54,023 nt of DNA from a virus (Duplodnaviria > Caudoviricetes), in IMG/VR virus record IMGVR_UViG_3300049788_000021, positions 1-54,023 of that record; one strand, 5' to 3'. A model generated the notes under the pieces. It did no database searches. It was not told where the DNA came from and worked only from the letters and a program-made list of their open reading frames with translations. Made by a program: the position numbers and the translations under genes. Positions 26,102 through 35,839 of the stretch are shown one piece after another; position 1 is the first letter of the stretch; the number at the start of each line of letters is the position of its first letter.

Positions 26102-26317
26102 GTGATGGCGCACGTCGAACGCATCAGGATCAGCGAACACAGTCATCCACTGGATTGCTCCACGGTCTATCTCTGCGAGTTTGCCGTGGACGGACAGAAG
26201 TGTGCGCCGTTCTGGTCCCACTCCATTGATCGACAAAACTTGGGCGACGAGCTTTGGTATCGCTCGCTGCTTGAAAACGCCGAACACATGATGGCGCAGT
26301 ACGGGCCACAGCCGTAG
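26102..26317 (+). CDS. Hypothetical protein
   Basis: ORF. Confidence 0.55.
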   Translation: MMAHVERIRISEHSHPLDCSTVYLCEFAVDGQKCAPFWSHSIDRQNLGDELWYRSLLENAEHMMAQYGPQP

Positions 26318-26326
26318 GGGGAACGA

Positions 26327-26392
26327 ATGGCAAGAAAAAAGCGCACACACGCAAAAAATATCCGTATGCCACGGCGCGGGGTGCGCTATTAG
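26327..26392 (+). CDS. 21-aa basic peptide
   Basis: GGGGG SD-like run; MARKKRTHAKNIRMPRRGVRY. Confidence 0.45.
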   Translation: MARKKRTHAKNIRMPRRGVRY

Positions 26393-26464
26393 GCAGACGG
26401 TGGTTGGCAGTTCTGGTGGGGGACTCTCCTTATAAAGGATGCCCACCGGGGAAAGGAGTCTTCC

Positions 26465-26530
26465 GTGATTGATAACGATTTCGTCGTGAAAAACCGTCGT
26501 CGTCGTGCTCGCCACAGCAAGCGCAAGTAA
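26465..26530 (+). CDS. 21-aa basic peptide
   Basis: AAAGGAG SD; VIDNDFVVKNRRRRARHSKRK. Confidence 0.5.
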   Translation: MIDNDFVVKNRRRRARHSKRK

Positions 26531-26546
26531 GTGGCAGGACGACACA

Positions 26547-26609
26547 GGAAAACCTCTGCTGGGGAACTCCGGGGGGGGTTCAAAGCCATGGAGCTTCCCC
26601 AGCATTTTT
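26547..26609 (+). terminator. Long hairpin with U-tract (terminator or processing site); left edge approximate
   Basis: TGCTGGGGAA CTCC...GGAG C TTCCCCAGCA TTTTT. Confidence 0.5.
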
Positions 26610-26622
26610 GGAGCGCACACAC

Positions 26623-26802
26623 ATGAAAATCGACACTGAACAAATCGCACGCAATCGGCGGGTCATGGAAGACTCCACTATCGACAGCCCGTTTGTCGCG
26701 CACATTGAAGACTCCGACGCCGATTACGGGTCGGAACTCTACGATCAACTGCCGCCCGACCATATAGATTTACTTCCCGTTGAAAAAAAGAGAGGCAAGT
26801 GA
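26623..26802 (+). CDS. Hypothetical protein
   Basis: ORF in the head module. Confidence 0.55.
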   Translation: MKIDTEQIARNRRVMEDSTIDSPFVAHIEDSDADYGSELYDQLPPDHIDLLPVEKKRGK

Positions 26803-26999
26803 TGGCTAAGAGCAAGAGTGACTTCGACAATTTTGATACGCCCTATGAGGTGCAACCCCCCGCAGGTGCCGCCGAAGGTCCCATTGAGTACGGCGCGGTG
26901 GTTGGACCCGCCGCCAAGGGTAACTTTCGTGATCCTACCGGGGTGCTTCCGGTGGAGGCCAAGAACAAGAACCTAGGTCCAGCAGGTGGCGAAGGCTAA
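26799..26999 (+). CDS. Hypothetical protein
   Basis: ORF in the head module. Confidence 0.6.
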   Translation: MMAKSKSDFDNFDTPYEVQPPAGAAEGPIEYGAVVGPAAKGNFRDPTGVLPVEAKNKNLGPAGGEG

Positions 27000-27005
27000 T
27001 CGCGC

Positions 27006-27431
27006 ATGGGCATGCCGCCTATTCCCGGCTTGGGTGGGGCATTAGGTGGGGGACCGCCCTCCCCACTTGCTCCCTCCGTGCTTGGTGCGCTGCAAAACCG
27101 CCAGCAATCGCCGGGACAATCTCTGTCGCAACAGTCCGCAGAGCTACAAGGCGCTGATCCCAGCATGATTTTGCGGCAACTCGAAAGTGTCAATCAGGTC
27201 CTGGGAGTGTTGTTCGTCAAAAGTTTTCAGAACTTCCCGAATATCGCCAATCAGATCAGTTCCACCATGAAGCAGTTGTCACGCGCCATTAAAGAAGCAC
27301 AACAGGGTTCCAGCGTTTCTGAAGTGGTTGGTAAGAACGAAGAAATGACTTCCGCGCCGCCGCCGATTTCTTTCGGCCCTGCGGCCAGCGGAAGCACGCC
27401 AACACCATCAAGCGGGTTGCCCGCTACGTAA
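27006..27431 (+). CDS. Hypothetical protein (P/G/Q-rich)
   Basis: ORF before the scaffold gene. Confidence 0.6.
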   Translation: MGMPPIPGLGGALGGGPPSPLAPSVLGALQNRQQSPGQSLSQQSAELQGADPSMILRQLESVNQVLGVLFVKSFQNFPNIANQISSTMKQLSRAIKEAQQGSSVSEVVGKNEEMTSAPPPISFGPAASGSTPTPSSGLPAT

Positions 27432-27441
27432 GGAATGAGCT

Positions 27442-28248
27442 ATGAGCGTAGAGCAATTGAAAAAGTTTCTGGAAGATGCGCAAGGCTTGCCCGATACCAC
27501 CACGGTGAAAATCGGGGATGCTGAAGTACCGTTGGGTTCCATCCGTGCCCTGAATAGAAGTGAACGTGAGCAACTGGCCGCAGGATTGAAAGCCAACGAC
27601 GATAGGAAAAAAGAACTCGAAAAGCAGCAAGGCATCGTCGTTGATCTGGCCAAGCAAGCGCAAGCCGCCTATGACGCGGCCCGCGAAGCACAAGCCAAAG
27701 CTGGACAACCTGTGCAGAACAACAGCAACAGTGATCCCTTCAATGACCCCTGGTTGCAGCCTGTAAGGAAGGAACTGGACAACCGCGACAAAAAAATCGA
27801 GGAACTCACTGGACAGTTGCGCCAGATGGCCACCATTGTTCAGAACGCCGCAGGGATTTGGAGCGAGGACCGCTGGGACCGCGAGTACGACCGTATCGAC
27901 CAGGGCAAGCGCGAGAAGAAATTAACCCGCCAGGAACTTTTGGATTACGCCACGCAAAACAATTTGCTGGACCGCCACAAACTTCCCTCGCTGCGTCTGG
28001 CCTGGGAAAAGATGAGTCAAGCCGACCGGGAAACGGAAATGCGCAAGGATGAGTTTGAAAAAGGGCGCGAGGCAGGGCGATTGGAGTCACTCGCCGCTCG
28101 CGTCCCACCCCCTGGCGTTCCCGGTCCTGGCGCACCCCCGGCTAGTCCGCGACCCGCACCGGGAGAACTGGGCGACTTGTACGCGGAAGCCATAAAAGAC
28201 CCGGAACTTCGGCAGTTAATTGAACAACTGCCAGCAGGGATGATGTAA
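27442..28248 (+). CDS. Putative capsid scaffolding protein
   Basis: Helical, charged, Pro-rich linker near the C-terminus; immediately before the major capsid gene. Confidence 0.65.
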   Translation: MSVEQLKKFLEDAQGLPDTTTVKIGDAEVPLGSIRALNRSEREQLAAGLKANDDRKKELEKQQGIVVDLAKQAQAAYDAAREAQAKAGQPVQNNSNSDPFNDPWLQPVRKELDNRDKKIEELTGQLRQMATIVQNAAGIWSEDRWDREYDRIDQGKREKKLTRQELLDYATQNNLLDRHKLPSLRLAWEKMSQADRETEMRKDEFEKGREAGRLESLAARVPPPGVPGPGAPPASPRPAPGELGDLYAEAIKDPELRQLIEQLPAGMM

Positions 28249-28272
28249 GCGATTTTCGTTTAGGAGCAAAAC

Positions 28273-29277
28273 ATGGCGTTTACAACTGGTACTGCGATTA
28301 ACCAACCCTCTGCGTTGTTGGTCAACACGCTGAGTTCCATCTCGCAGAAATTAATTTACCCCAAGGTCGCGGACTTGGTGTTTTTCCCCTCACCGACATT
28401 TTCCTTCTTGAACCAGCACGCCAAGAAGTACAACGCCGGGGCGGAAATTGTCTATCCCTTGCTGACCAGCAAGATCACCACCAGGGGCGCGTACTGGGGC
28501 GACCAGTTGCTCAGTACTTCCGCGATTGACGCCATCCAACCCGCCGATCAGGTGTGGAGGGGCTATTTCCAGGCGGTAACCCTGCCCGTCATGGATATTG
28601 TCATCGGTCGCGGTGGTCCCGTGGGTCTTGATCTGGTGAAGACCTACGTGCAAGCCGGGGCAGGCTCCATGCTGGATATGCTCGCGGAAGCGGTGGCCGG
28701 GAATGCGCCCTTCAACAGCAGCATCGACTTGGACAGCCTGAACGCCTGGGTACTACAAACTACTAATACCGTGGCGGGCATTAATCGTTCTACTAATACT
28801 TTCTGGCAGCCACAAGCCAACCAGTCGGTCGGCGGGCATCTCTCACCGACCAAACTTCTGCCCGCCTATTTCCTGACCACCTATGGGTATGACGAACCCA
28901 ACCTGCTGATCCTGAACAACACCGATTTCGCCAACTTTGAGTTGCAGTTCACCGCTACGTCCACTTCCAGCGCCACCACCAACATCATCCGCGCCACCGA
29001 CAACTACGCGGATACCGCGCCGATCCAGACGGCGTTGAAGTACCACATGCGCTTCAAGAATGCCGTGGTGCTGGCCGACCAGCACTTTGCCGCTGGCACG
29101 GGATATTTACTTAACACTAAATATATTTGGATGATATACAATTTGGGCAGCTATTTCCGCATGACCCCGTGGATCATGCCCTCGAACCAAGACGTTATCA
29201 CCGCACGCATCCACCTGATCTGTCAGTTGGGTTGCAACCGTCCGGTGGGGCAAGTGGCTTTGACCAGCATTTCGTAA
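28273..29277 (+). CDS. Major capsid protein
   Basis: Position, size and AGGAG SD; VAGINRSTNTFWQ and GTGYLLNTKYI...CQLGCNRP patterns typical of this capsid class. Confidence 0.85.
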   Translation: MAFTTGTAINQPSALLVNTLSSISQKLIYPKVADLVFFPSPTFSFLNQHAKKYNAGAEIVYPLLTSKITTRGAYWGDQLLSTSAIDAIQPADQVWRGYFQAVTLPVMDIVIGRGGPVGLDLVKTYVQAGAGSMLDMLAEAVAGNAPFNSSIDLDSLNAWVLQTTNTVAGINRSTNTFWQPQANQSVGGHLSPTKLLPAYFLTTYGYDEPNLLILNNTDFANFELQFTATSTSSATTNIIRATDNYADTAPIQTALKYHMRFKNAVVLADQHFAAGTGYLLNTKYIWMIYNLGSYFRMTPWIMPSNQDVITARIHLICQLGCNRPVGQVALTSIS

Positions 29278-29291
29278 AAAGGAGAGTACCC

Positions 29292-29615
29292 ATGGCATTG
29301 CAATTTGGAAGGCTGGTAACGGACGGCAGTGGTGTTTTTTCTCTGACTGTGGTGGGAGATGGCACGAGCACTTCCGTGGTGGTGGATTTGTCCAAAGGTC
29401 CGTTGACCATGGACTTGAAGGGCGCAACTCCGGTTGGGGTCATGGCTACTGCCGGGGGCACCAAGGGCGTCAAGCTGAGTGTGGATAAGACCAATGCCAT
29501 GCAGTTGCACATTGACGTGGATGCCCCGGCATTGCTCGCGGGACAGCTTACCGATGTGGCTGGATTTCTGACTTTTGCCGGAACTGCGCCGCCGCCGCCA
29601 CCACCCGCTGCGTAG
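29292..29615 (+). CDS. Putative virion structural protein
   Basis: AAGGAG SD; beta-rich; follows the capsid gene. Confidence 0.55.
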   Translation: MALQFGRLVTDGSGVFSLTVVGDGTSTSVVVDLSKGPLTMDLKGATPVGVMATAGGTKGVKLSVDKTNAMQLHIDVDAPALLAGQLTDVAGFLTFAGTAPPPPPPAA

Positions 29616-29628
29616 TTAGGAGCAAACT

Positions 29629-30105
29629 GTGCCGATCAACAAACGACTTGACTCCGTTGTTGCCGGGATTACTACCGGGATACGGCAAGACTCCCTGTAT
29701 GTAAGTCCTGGCCTATCGCTTTCAACTACTGGCATCCAAACGAACACCCTGCCTCCCAGCGGCGCTTTTCCGATTGCCTATTCCACTGGCTGGGTGCGCG
29801 TAAAAATCTACAACGGTGGCGGCACGGGTCCTACCGTTGCGGCTGTGAAAATACTGGTGGGCGACGGCACCAACAGCGTGCTGGTGGATTACTTCAACCC
29901 TTCGCTGGCACACGGTTTGACGGCCACGGCATGGTACGACCGTGTGGTTTATTTTCTTTGTGACGTTGCCAGTACGGGCGCAGGTGGTGGCGCGACGGGC
30001 CAGTTGATCGCCTTGAATGGTGTGAACGTGATTACCGTGCAAACCACGCTCGCCGGAACTAGCCCAACCGCCAGCATGGACATGGAATGCTTGCTGGCAA
30101 TTTGA
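29629..30105 (+). CDS. Putative capsid decoration protein, paralog A
   Basis: Shares K.YNGGGT.P, DGTNSV and GTSPTASMD.E with 30117..30590. Confidence 0.6.
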   Translation: MPINKRLDSVVAGITTGIRQDSLYVSPGLSLSTTGIQTNTLPPSGAFPIAYSTGWVRVKIYNGGGTGPTVAAVKILVGDGTNSVLVDYFNPSLAHGLTATAWYDRVVYFLCDVASTGAGGGATGQLIALNGVNVITVQTTLAGTSPTASMDMECLLAI

Positions 30106-30116
30106 GGAGATAGCCT

Positions 30117-30590
30117 ATGGCACTGACTATCAGACTGGATCGTACCTTTCCCGGCATGGGTTCGCCCATGCGCAACGATGCTATCTTCCTGCAGACTGGT
30201 CTGGCCATGTCGGGGACCGCGCAGCAGTCCTTTCCCATCCCGGCATCCGGCGTTTTGTCGTTCCAGACCACCACGGGCAAAATCCGCATGAAGGTATACA
30301 ACGGTGGCGGCACCACCCCGGCGCTTACCGACATTCTGGTTACCGCTAGTGACGGCACTAACAGCGTGGTTATCGGCAACAGCTTGCTGCACCCCACCGT
30401 AGCGGTCACCTTGATTGCGGCTTCTAACCAGTTCTTTGAGTTTTTCTTTGAGTATTTGCTGGACTCCGGTGCGGGTGGGGGCGCGAGCGGGACCCTGGCT
30501 GGCGGGGCGACTTCGTTCAGCGTCAAGACCACCATGAGCGGCACGTCGCCAACTGCCAGCATGGATTTGGAGATTTGTCCGCTGATCTGA
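30117..30590 (+). CDS. Putative capsid decoration protein, paralog B
   Basis: Paralog of 29629..30105. Confidence 0.6.
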   Translation: MALTIRLDRTFPGMGSPMRNDAIFLQTGLAMSGTAQQSFPIPASGVLSFQTTTGKIRMKVYNGGGTTPALTDILVTASDGTNSVVIGNSLLHPTVAVTLIAASNQFFEFFFEYLLDSGAGGGASGTLAGGATSFSVKTTMSGTSPTASMDLEICPLI

Positions 30591-30620
30591 GTTTGCTTGC
30601 ATGGTGTGCGTGAACGGCTT

Positions 30621-30653
30621 AGGCCGGGGCCGGATTTCCGGTTTCCGGCCTTT
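30621..30653 (+). terminator. GC-rich hairpin, probable terminator after the head genes
   Basis: AGGCCGGGGCCGGA TT TCCGGTTTCCGGCCT TT. Confidence 0.55.
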
Positions 30654-30673
30654 GCCATTTCAGGGAGGAAATT

Positions 30674-30835
30674 ATGCTGATCGCTGTGCAATTACTGGTA
30701 GCCCTGATTGGTTTGCTGCTGTACCTGCTGACCACCAACGCAAAACTTCAGGAAGTCGGACGGCTGATGTTTTTCGCCGGGATCGCAACTTTCCTTATGA
30801 CCTATCACGCCACGGTTGGTTTACTGGGGAGGTGA
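30674..30835 (+). CDS. 53-aa two-TM membrane protein (not in the ORF track)
   Basis: GGAGG SD; MLIAVQLLVALIGLLLYLLTTNAKLQEVGRLMFFAGIATFLMTYHATVGLLGR. Confidence 0.65.
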   Translation: MLIAVQLLVALIGLLLYLLTTNAKLQEVGRLMFFAGIATFLMTYHATVGLLGR

Positions 30836-30839
30836 AAAA

Positions 30840-31016
30840 ATGTCACGGTTAATGGATAGTCCCGCTACGCGTCGGGATGATGTAGCTGCGCGTATCCGTC
30901 CGGATGAAGAACCGCTGGGCAAAGCCACGCATACGGCACGGCTGCGCGGAAGTCACCAGCAAAAAAGAACGCTGCGCAAGGCCAAGAAGCACGGGCGGAA
31001 ATCAAGGAGGTCATAA
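30840..31016 (+). CDS. Small protein with an Arg/Lys-rich tail
   Basis: GGAGGTG SD; ends RKAKKHGRKSRRS. Confidence 0.65.
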   Translation: MSRLMDSPATRRDDVAARIRPDEEPLGKATHTARLRGSHQQKRTLRKAKKHGRKSRRS

Positions 31017-31219
31017 TGGCTGACGATTTGACAATGAAGATTAGGGATTTGACAAACAAGGCACGGGATCAGCGGATTGCTAGGGACATGGCAGAAGAAG
31101 CGGCAAGCGGCAATCCACGCGCAGTTGAAAGCGGGTATGAAAGAGCAGGTGGCGAAATAGAAAGATTGAGGGCTGGTCACGGTCGTCGTTTGATGCGACG
31201 GGGACATAGGAGGAAATAA
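31016..31219 (+). CDS. Small protein with an Arg-rich tail
   Basis: AGGAGG SD; ends RRLMRRGHRRK. Confidence 0.65.
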   Translation: MADDLTMKIRDLTNKARDQRIARDMAEEAASGNPRAVESGYERAGGEIERLRAGHGRRLMRRGHRRK

Positions 31220-31468
31220 ATGCCGCAGGATGACCCAACCGCTGAAGTTAAGCGCAAGGCGCGGGAATACAGCGTTCGTACTGGGCCACTGTCTCAACCT
31301 TATGGTCCACCCATTGAACCTTACTCGGATTGGACGCGCTATGATCCGGATGAACGAATGTTGCGTCTGCCTGTGGATATGGCCAATGTTGTGGCGCGGC
31401 AAGAAGCGCAAAAAGCTATGCGCAAGCTGCCGCCGCGTGGCAGGAAACGTGTTCCACGGAGGGATTGA
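31220..31468 (+). CDS. Small protein with an Arg-rich tail
   Basis: AGGAGG SD; ends RKLPPRGRKRVPRRD. Confidence 0.65.
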   Translation: MPQDDPTAEVKRKAREYSVRTGPLSQPYGPPIEPYSDWTRYDPDERMLRLPVDMANVVARQEAQKAMRKLPPRGRKRVPRRD

Positions 31469-31469
31469 A

Positions 31470-31739
31470 ATGGCCAACGACGAAGGAAAAAAAGCGGCAG
31501 AAATGTCCAAAGAGCGCGGACGTGTTGCCTTGAAAATTAAAGACCCCAGCGAACGCCGGGAGTTTATTGCCTTGCAGGGCCGCGAGGAGTCCAAACCTAA
31601 CATTTTTACGGGTGAACGCGGGGGCTACACTCCGGAGTTGGAGCAGTCACTAAGGTTGCAAAACCGTGCTGTGGCCGCACGTGCCAGCGAACGCGGTCCC
31701 GCTCGCAGCACCGGACGCCGGAACAAACGGAGAGAATAA
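31470..31739 (+). CDS. Small protein with an Arg-rich tail
   Basis: GGAGG SD; ends ARSTGRRNKRRE. Confidence 0.65.
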   Translation: MANDEGKKAAEMSKERGRVALKIKDPSERREFIALQGREESKPNIFTGERGGYTPELEQSLRLQNRAVAARASERGPARSTGRRNKRRE

Positions 31740-33017
31740 ATGGCTTCCACCGTTGGACAAGTCATCATCAATGCGCGGCAGACCATTCCGGACATGCCGC
31801 AGGTTGTAGCCAATCCAAGTATCTTGAGTGCCACGCCAATCGTTGATGCTGTTGGTGGCGGAACGGGACCAGGACCTTACGCCATTGTGGCTACACTCAC
31901 TACTCCGTATGGAGAAACCAGTGCCAGTGTGAACGAACTGACTGGAACAGTCGCAGGTCCAAACAACACTCTTCAGGTTGTGGTTACTTACAGCGAAGGA
32001 TACCAAAGAGCATATCCCATTGTGACCGGAGTGAATGTTTACGTGGGCACATCGGCGGGAAACGAAGTCATAAAATACTCGTTTCCCGGCAGTAGCAGCA
32101 TTCATGGCGTTCCCTTGGTTCTCAATGACAACGCCAGTCCCACTTATCAAAGCCCGCCGCAACTGAACCGTGCGTTCAATCCCGACACGGATGGTGGACT
32201 GGTTGGTGCCAGCGCCATTTTCGGATGGTTGAATGACGGGCTACGGGTAATCTCGCGCATTGCCGGGGGCTTGATGGATTACTCCGGAGTGCCCAGTGTA
32301 TCCAACACACCGATCTACACCATGCCCGGAGAGTGGAACGCCATCACTTCCATCTGGTACGACGGCTACTGGATGATGGGCGGGGATCGCGGCTACTTCT
32401 GGCGGCGCAACAACATCACTTCCATGATCTTGTCCAGCGCCACCATTTCCATCATCAACAACCAGATGTTTCTGGAAGTGTATCCGCAACCTGCGCGGAC
32501 TGCTGCGGTCACTACGCTTTCCGCGCCCATGGCATCGTCGGACATTCTGGCCAACCTGACCAGCACCGCTGGATTTTTGCTGCCCTTCGGTTTCTTCCAG
32601 GTGGATCAGGAAATTATGGGCTACAACATTATCAGCGGCAGTCAACTGACTGGACTGTTGCGTGGCTTGGGCGGATCAGCGGCAACTTCGCACTTGAATG
32701 GTGCGTCGGTCACGGAACTGAACATTTTTTGGAACGGCAAGCGGCAGATTGAACCGAACTACCAGCCGGGACAGTCCAGCACTATCCTGCCGCTGCCCAG
32801 CGGATGGGATGTGCTGCTTGCGGAATATATTTCCCTGCGGGCAAAAAACATTGAGCATGACGCGCAATACTGGCAAGCCCTGGATCAGCACATGAAACAG
32901 TCCATTGCCGACTGGGCACGGCAAAACAAGAGCGTGGCGCGTCGTCGGCAGGTGGGACCGCCATCTTCGCCAGCAACGTTCTACAACACTCCAGCGGGAG
33001 GTTTGCTGATTAACTGA
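31740..33017 (+). CDS. Head-tail adaptor-like protein with inserted beta domains
   Basis: TVGQVIINARQ...WLNDGLR N-terminal helices and an LLAEYIS C-terminal helix; position. Confidence 0.55.
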   Translation: MASTVGQVIINARQTIPDMPQVVANPSILSATPIVDAVGGGTGPGPYAIVATLTTPYGETSASVNELTGTVAGPNNTLQVVVTYSEGYQRAYPIVTGVNVYVGTSAGNEVIKYSFPGSSSIHGVPLVLNDNASPTYQSPPQLNRAFNPDTDGGLVGASAIFGWLNDGLRVISRIAGGLMDYSGVPSVSNTPIYTMPGEWNAITSIWYDGYWMMGGDRGYFWRRNNITSMILSSATISIINNQMFLEVYPQPARTAAVTTLSAPMASSDILANLTSTAGFLLPFGFFQVDQEIMGYNIISGSQLTGLLRGLGGSAATSHLNGASVTELNIFWNGKRQIEPNYQPGQSSTILPLPSGWDVLLAEYISLRAKNIEHDAQYWQALDQHMKQSIADWARQNKSVARRRQVGPPSSPATFYNTPAGGLLIN

Positions 33018-35839
33018 TGGCCGTTCAACCCATAGCGCAATTTCCCTGTGTCAAGGGATTGGTGGCCAGCAACCAACCGTTGGCGGAACCTAAAGGTGCG
33101 GTGCAGCGGGTGTCCAACCTTTTGATGACTGCTCGCGGGGCGTTGGACGTGTGCGACGGTTCGCAAATCCTGCATGACTTTAGCGGTGCGGTACAAGCGA
33201 GCTTCGGCAAGATCACCGCTATTTTTCTGTTTCAGCCCACGGGAGTTTCCAACTACTACTTGGCCATCATAAAAGTTCCCGGTTCGCCTCTTAGTACTCC
33301 GCTCAATGTTGTGGCTGTAGATGATGGCGCTGGCGGTAATTTTGCTGCGGGAACGTTGTACTACAGAGTTACGGCGCTGGACGGTGTTGGTGGAGAAACC
33401 TTGGCATCCACCGAAGTTAGCGTCGGCGTTTCCCTAAATCACAAAATCAAGTTGACCTGGAATGTGGTTCCCAATGCCGTAGCTTACAATGTCTACGGTT
33501 ACACCTCTGGCACGGAATTGCTGTTGATTGCGCCGGGATTGCCCGTTCCACAGCCTGCGCCGGGAGCTACGCAAGTTACTTTTGAGGATTTGTCCACGCC
33601 CCAAAGTGTAAATTTTCCGGTCACTTCGGTGGTAAACTCTTCAGCGGTTTTCAACGCCGTAGCAAACCAAACCACCTATACCTATGTGGTGAATTTCACT
33701 GGTGCGCAGACGATTACCGCGCAACTGCCCTTAGCAGCGACTTTAACGGGAAACTCCAATGCGTCATTGAACATCGTTTATAAACTTACGGCCATGCTTT
33801 CGCCAACGGTCGGACTGATGACCGTGACGCAAAGTGGTGTAGTCAATCCTGCAATGCTGGTAACTGGGAATGGTGGAAATATCAACGCGGTGGGCCATAT
33901 TCCAGTTGCCAACACCACGCAGCAAACCGCCCTTTATAAAATGCCCGTGATCGCTGGACTGCCAGCACCTCTGCCTGTGGCGTACAACAACTCCAATATC
34001 GTAGCCTTCTATCCGGCAGATTTTCTGGCCAACGTGGATGGTGGCGGCGGCGGCGGATCAGGCGGCGGCGGCGGAACGGGTGGTGGTGGTTCAACCAATC
34101 CCGGCAATACTCCCTCCGGTGGTGTCGCCGGAAACACTTCGGTGATCCCGCAGTTCAAACAATTTACCAATCGCGCCGTGATTGCGCTGGGAAACGGTTA
34201 CCCCATACAGCTTTATTCCGATCCGTCCACACCAATAAATCCGGCAGTGTCCACGACCATTAGTACGATCAGTGCGGACGCTAACAGTGTAGTGACCGTG
34301 ACGGTTCTTTCTACGGCAGGTTTGTATGCGGGTGGGAATGTTGCCATAAGTGGCGTGAGTAACAGCCTGTTCAATATGGTTGGTCCGATCATTCAGGTTG
34401 TCGATCTCACGCACTTTACTGTGTACAACGGTGCTGTATCGAGCACCACGTCTTCAGGCGGAAAGGTTCTGGCCACTTCCCAGCCGATCCAGAGCACTTT
34501 CGCTCCTTCCTATCCGGTATGGACCACCACGACGGTATACGCCGCAAACGACGTGATCGTGCCAGCCACGCAACCGAGCCCAAATATCTATTTGATCGCG
34601 GTTCAAGGCGGGACCAGCGGCGCGGCGGAACCAATACCATGGCCCACGGAAATCGGAGCGCAGAAGAAGGATGGCACGGTGATCTGGGCTGTGGGAGGAT
34701 TGTTGAACTCTGCCGCGCCACCACCTCCTGGCGCTGGACATATTGAAGTTTATTCCGGGGCGTTGTGGGCATGGGATACCAGTCCGTTCAACACCGCAAA
34801 TGGATTGGATGGACCTTGCGCTCTGCGCATGAGCAACATCAACAATCCCAACTCGTGGAACCCTATCAATCAGGCTTTTTTGGACAAAGATGACGGACAG
34901 GAAGGCATGGGTCTTGCGAAATTTACCATCACCGCTATCGGTATTCCGCCGCAAGGTTCACTGATCGCTTTCAAGAACTATTCCAGCTATCAGGTTATCG
35001 GTATTTTCGGAGCCAGCAATTTTGCCATTCAGGCCATATCGACGGACATGGGCTGCACTGCGCCGCGCACCATTCAATTTGTTCCCGGTTTCGGTATCAC
35101 GCGCTACGCGCACCTGGGCATGGCTGTTTTCAACGGGGTAAAGGACGAAGTTATCAGCGAGCAAATCCGTCCGTTTCTTTTCCCCAACAACGATTTCAAC
35201 TTTTCGGACATAACCGTGCTGGATGCCGCATGGGTGTCGGTGTCCTGGGCTACGCAAACTGCCACACCTCCAATGTACGTGGTAGCTATGCCCATTGGCG
35301 TTTCCGCTGGCAATCTTACGCGGGTATTTTGCTACGATCTTGTGTTTAAGGCCTGGATCATTGTGGATTTGCCTTTCCCGATTTCCACCATGTCGCAATT
35401 CCGTACCGTTTCTGCAAATCCTGTGACCGTGATGGGCGGGTCGAACGACGGTTGTATTTCCCGCTGGCAAGCCGGGGACGTTTTGTGGGATACGGGCGCG
35501 ACCGGAGCGCGTAACCCTTCCAAGGTGCAATGGAACATGCGCACACTGACCATTGCTTCCAGCACCAACGATCAACGGGTGTACAACCGCCGCTTGGTGG
35601 TCACCATGATTTGCAGCGGCACTCCCGGCAGCGTCAGTGTCTCCTGGCGCATGAGCGGCGTGACCCAAGCTACGCGCACCTTCACCTTGCCGACCAATGC
35701 CGATCAGGACATTGATGTGGCTACGCAGCTAACGGGGAAGCGCTTTGACGCCATCATCAGCGGAAATAGTGACGCGCAGATCGACGGCATTACCTGGGAA
35801 GTGGAACCGCGACCGATTGGCGTGGTGGTGCCGATATGA
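33017..35839 (+). CDS. Tail nozzle/tubular protein (P22 gp10- or T7 gp12-like) with accessory domains
   Basis: Size and position; DMGCTAPRTI and VFCYDL...W propeller-like motifs; Gly-rich linker. Confidence 0.65.
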   Translation: MAVQPIAQFPCVKGLVASNQPLAEPKGAVQRVSNLLMTARGALDVCDGSQILHDFSGAVQASFGKITAIFLFQPTGVSNYYLAIIKVPGSPLSTPLNVVAVDDGAGGNFAAGTLYYRVTALDGVGGETLASTEVSVGVSLNHKIKLTWNVVPNAVAYNVYGYTSGTELLLIAPGLPVPQPAPGATQVTFEDLSTPQSVNFPVTSVVNSSAVFNAVANQTTYTYVVNFTGAQTITAQLPLAATLTGNSNASLNIVYKLTAMLSPTVGLMTVTQSGVVNPAMLVTGNGGNINAVGHIPVANTTQQTALYKMPVIAGLPAPLPVAYNNSNIVAFYPADFLANVDGGGGGGSGGGGGTGGGGSTNPGNTPSGGVAGNTSVIPQFKQFTNRAVIALGNGYPIQLYSDPSTPINPAVSTTISTISADANSVVTVTVLSTAGLYAGGNVAISGVSNSLFNMVGPIIQVVDLTHFTVYNGAVSSTTSSGGKVLATSQPIQSTFAPSYPVWTTTTVYAANDVIVPATQPSPNIYLIAVQGGTSGAAEPIPWPTEIGAQKKDGTVIWAVGGLLNSAAPPPPGAGHIEVYSGALWAWDTSPFNTANGLDGPCALRMSNINNPNSWNPINQAFLDKDDGQEGMGLAKFTITAIGIPPQGSLIAFKNYSSYQVIGIFGASNFAIQAISTDMGCTAPRTIQFVPGFGITRYAHLGMAVFNGVKDEVISEQIRPFLFPNNDFNFSDITVLDAAWVSVSWATQTATPPMYVVAMPIGVSAGNLTRVFCYDLVFKAWIIVDLPFPISTMSQFRTVSANPVTVMGGSNDGCISRWQAGDVLWDTGATGARNPSKVQWNMRTLTIASSTNDQRVYNRRLVVTMICSGTPGSVSVSWRMSGVTQATRTFTLPTNADQDIDVATQLTGKRFDAIISGNSDAQIDGITWEVEPRPIGVVVPI

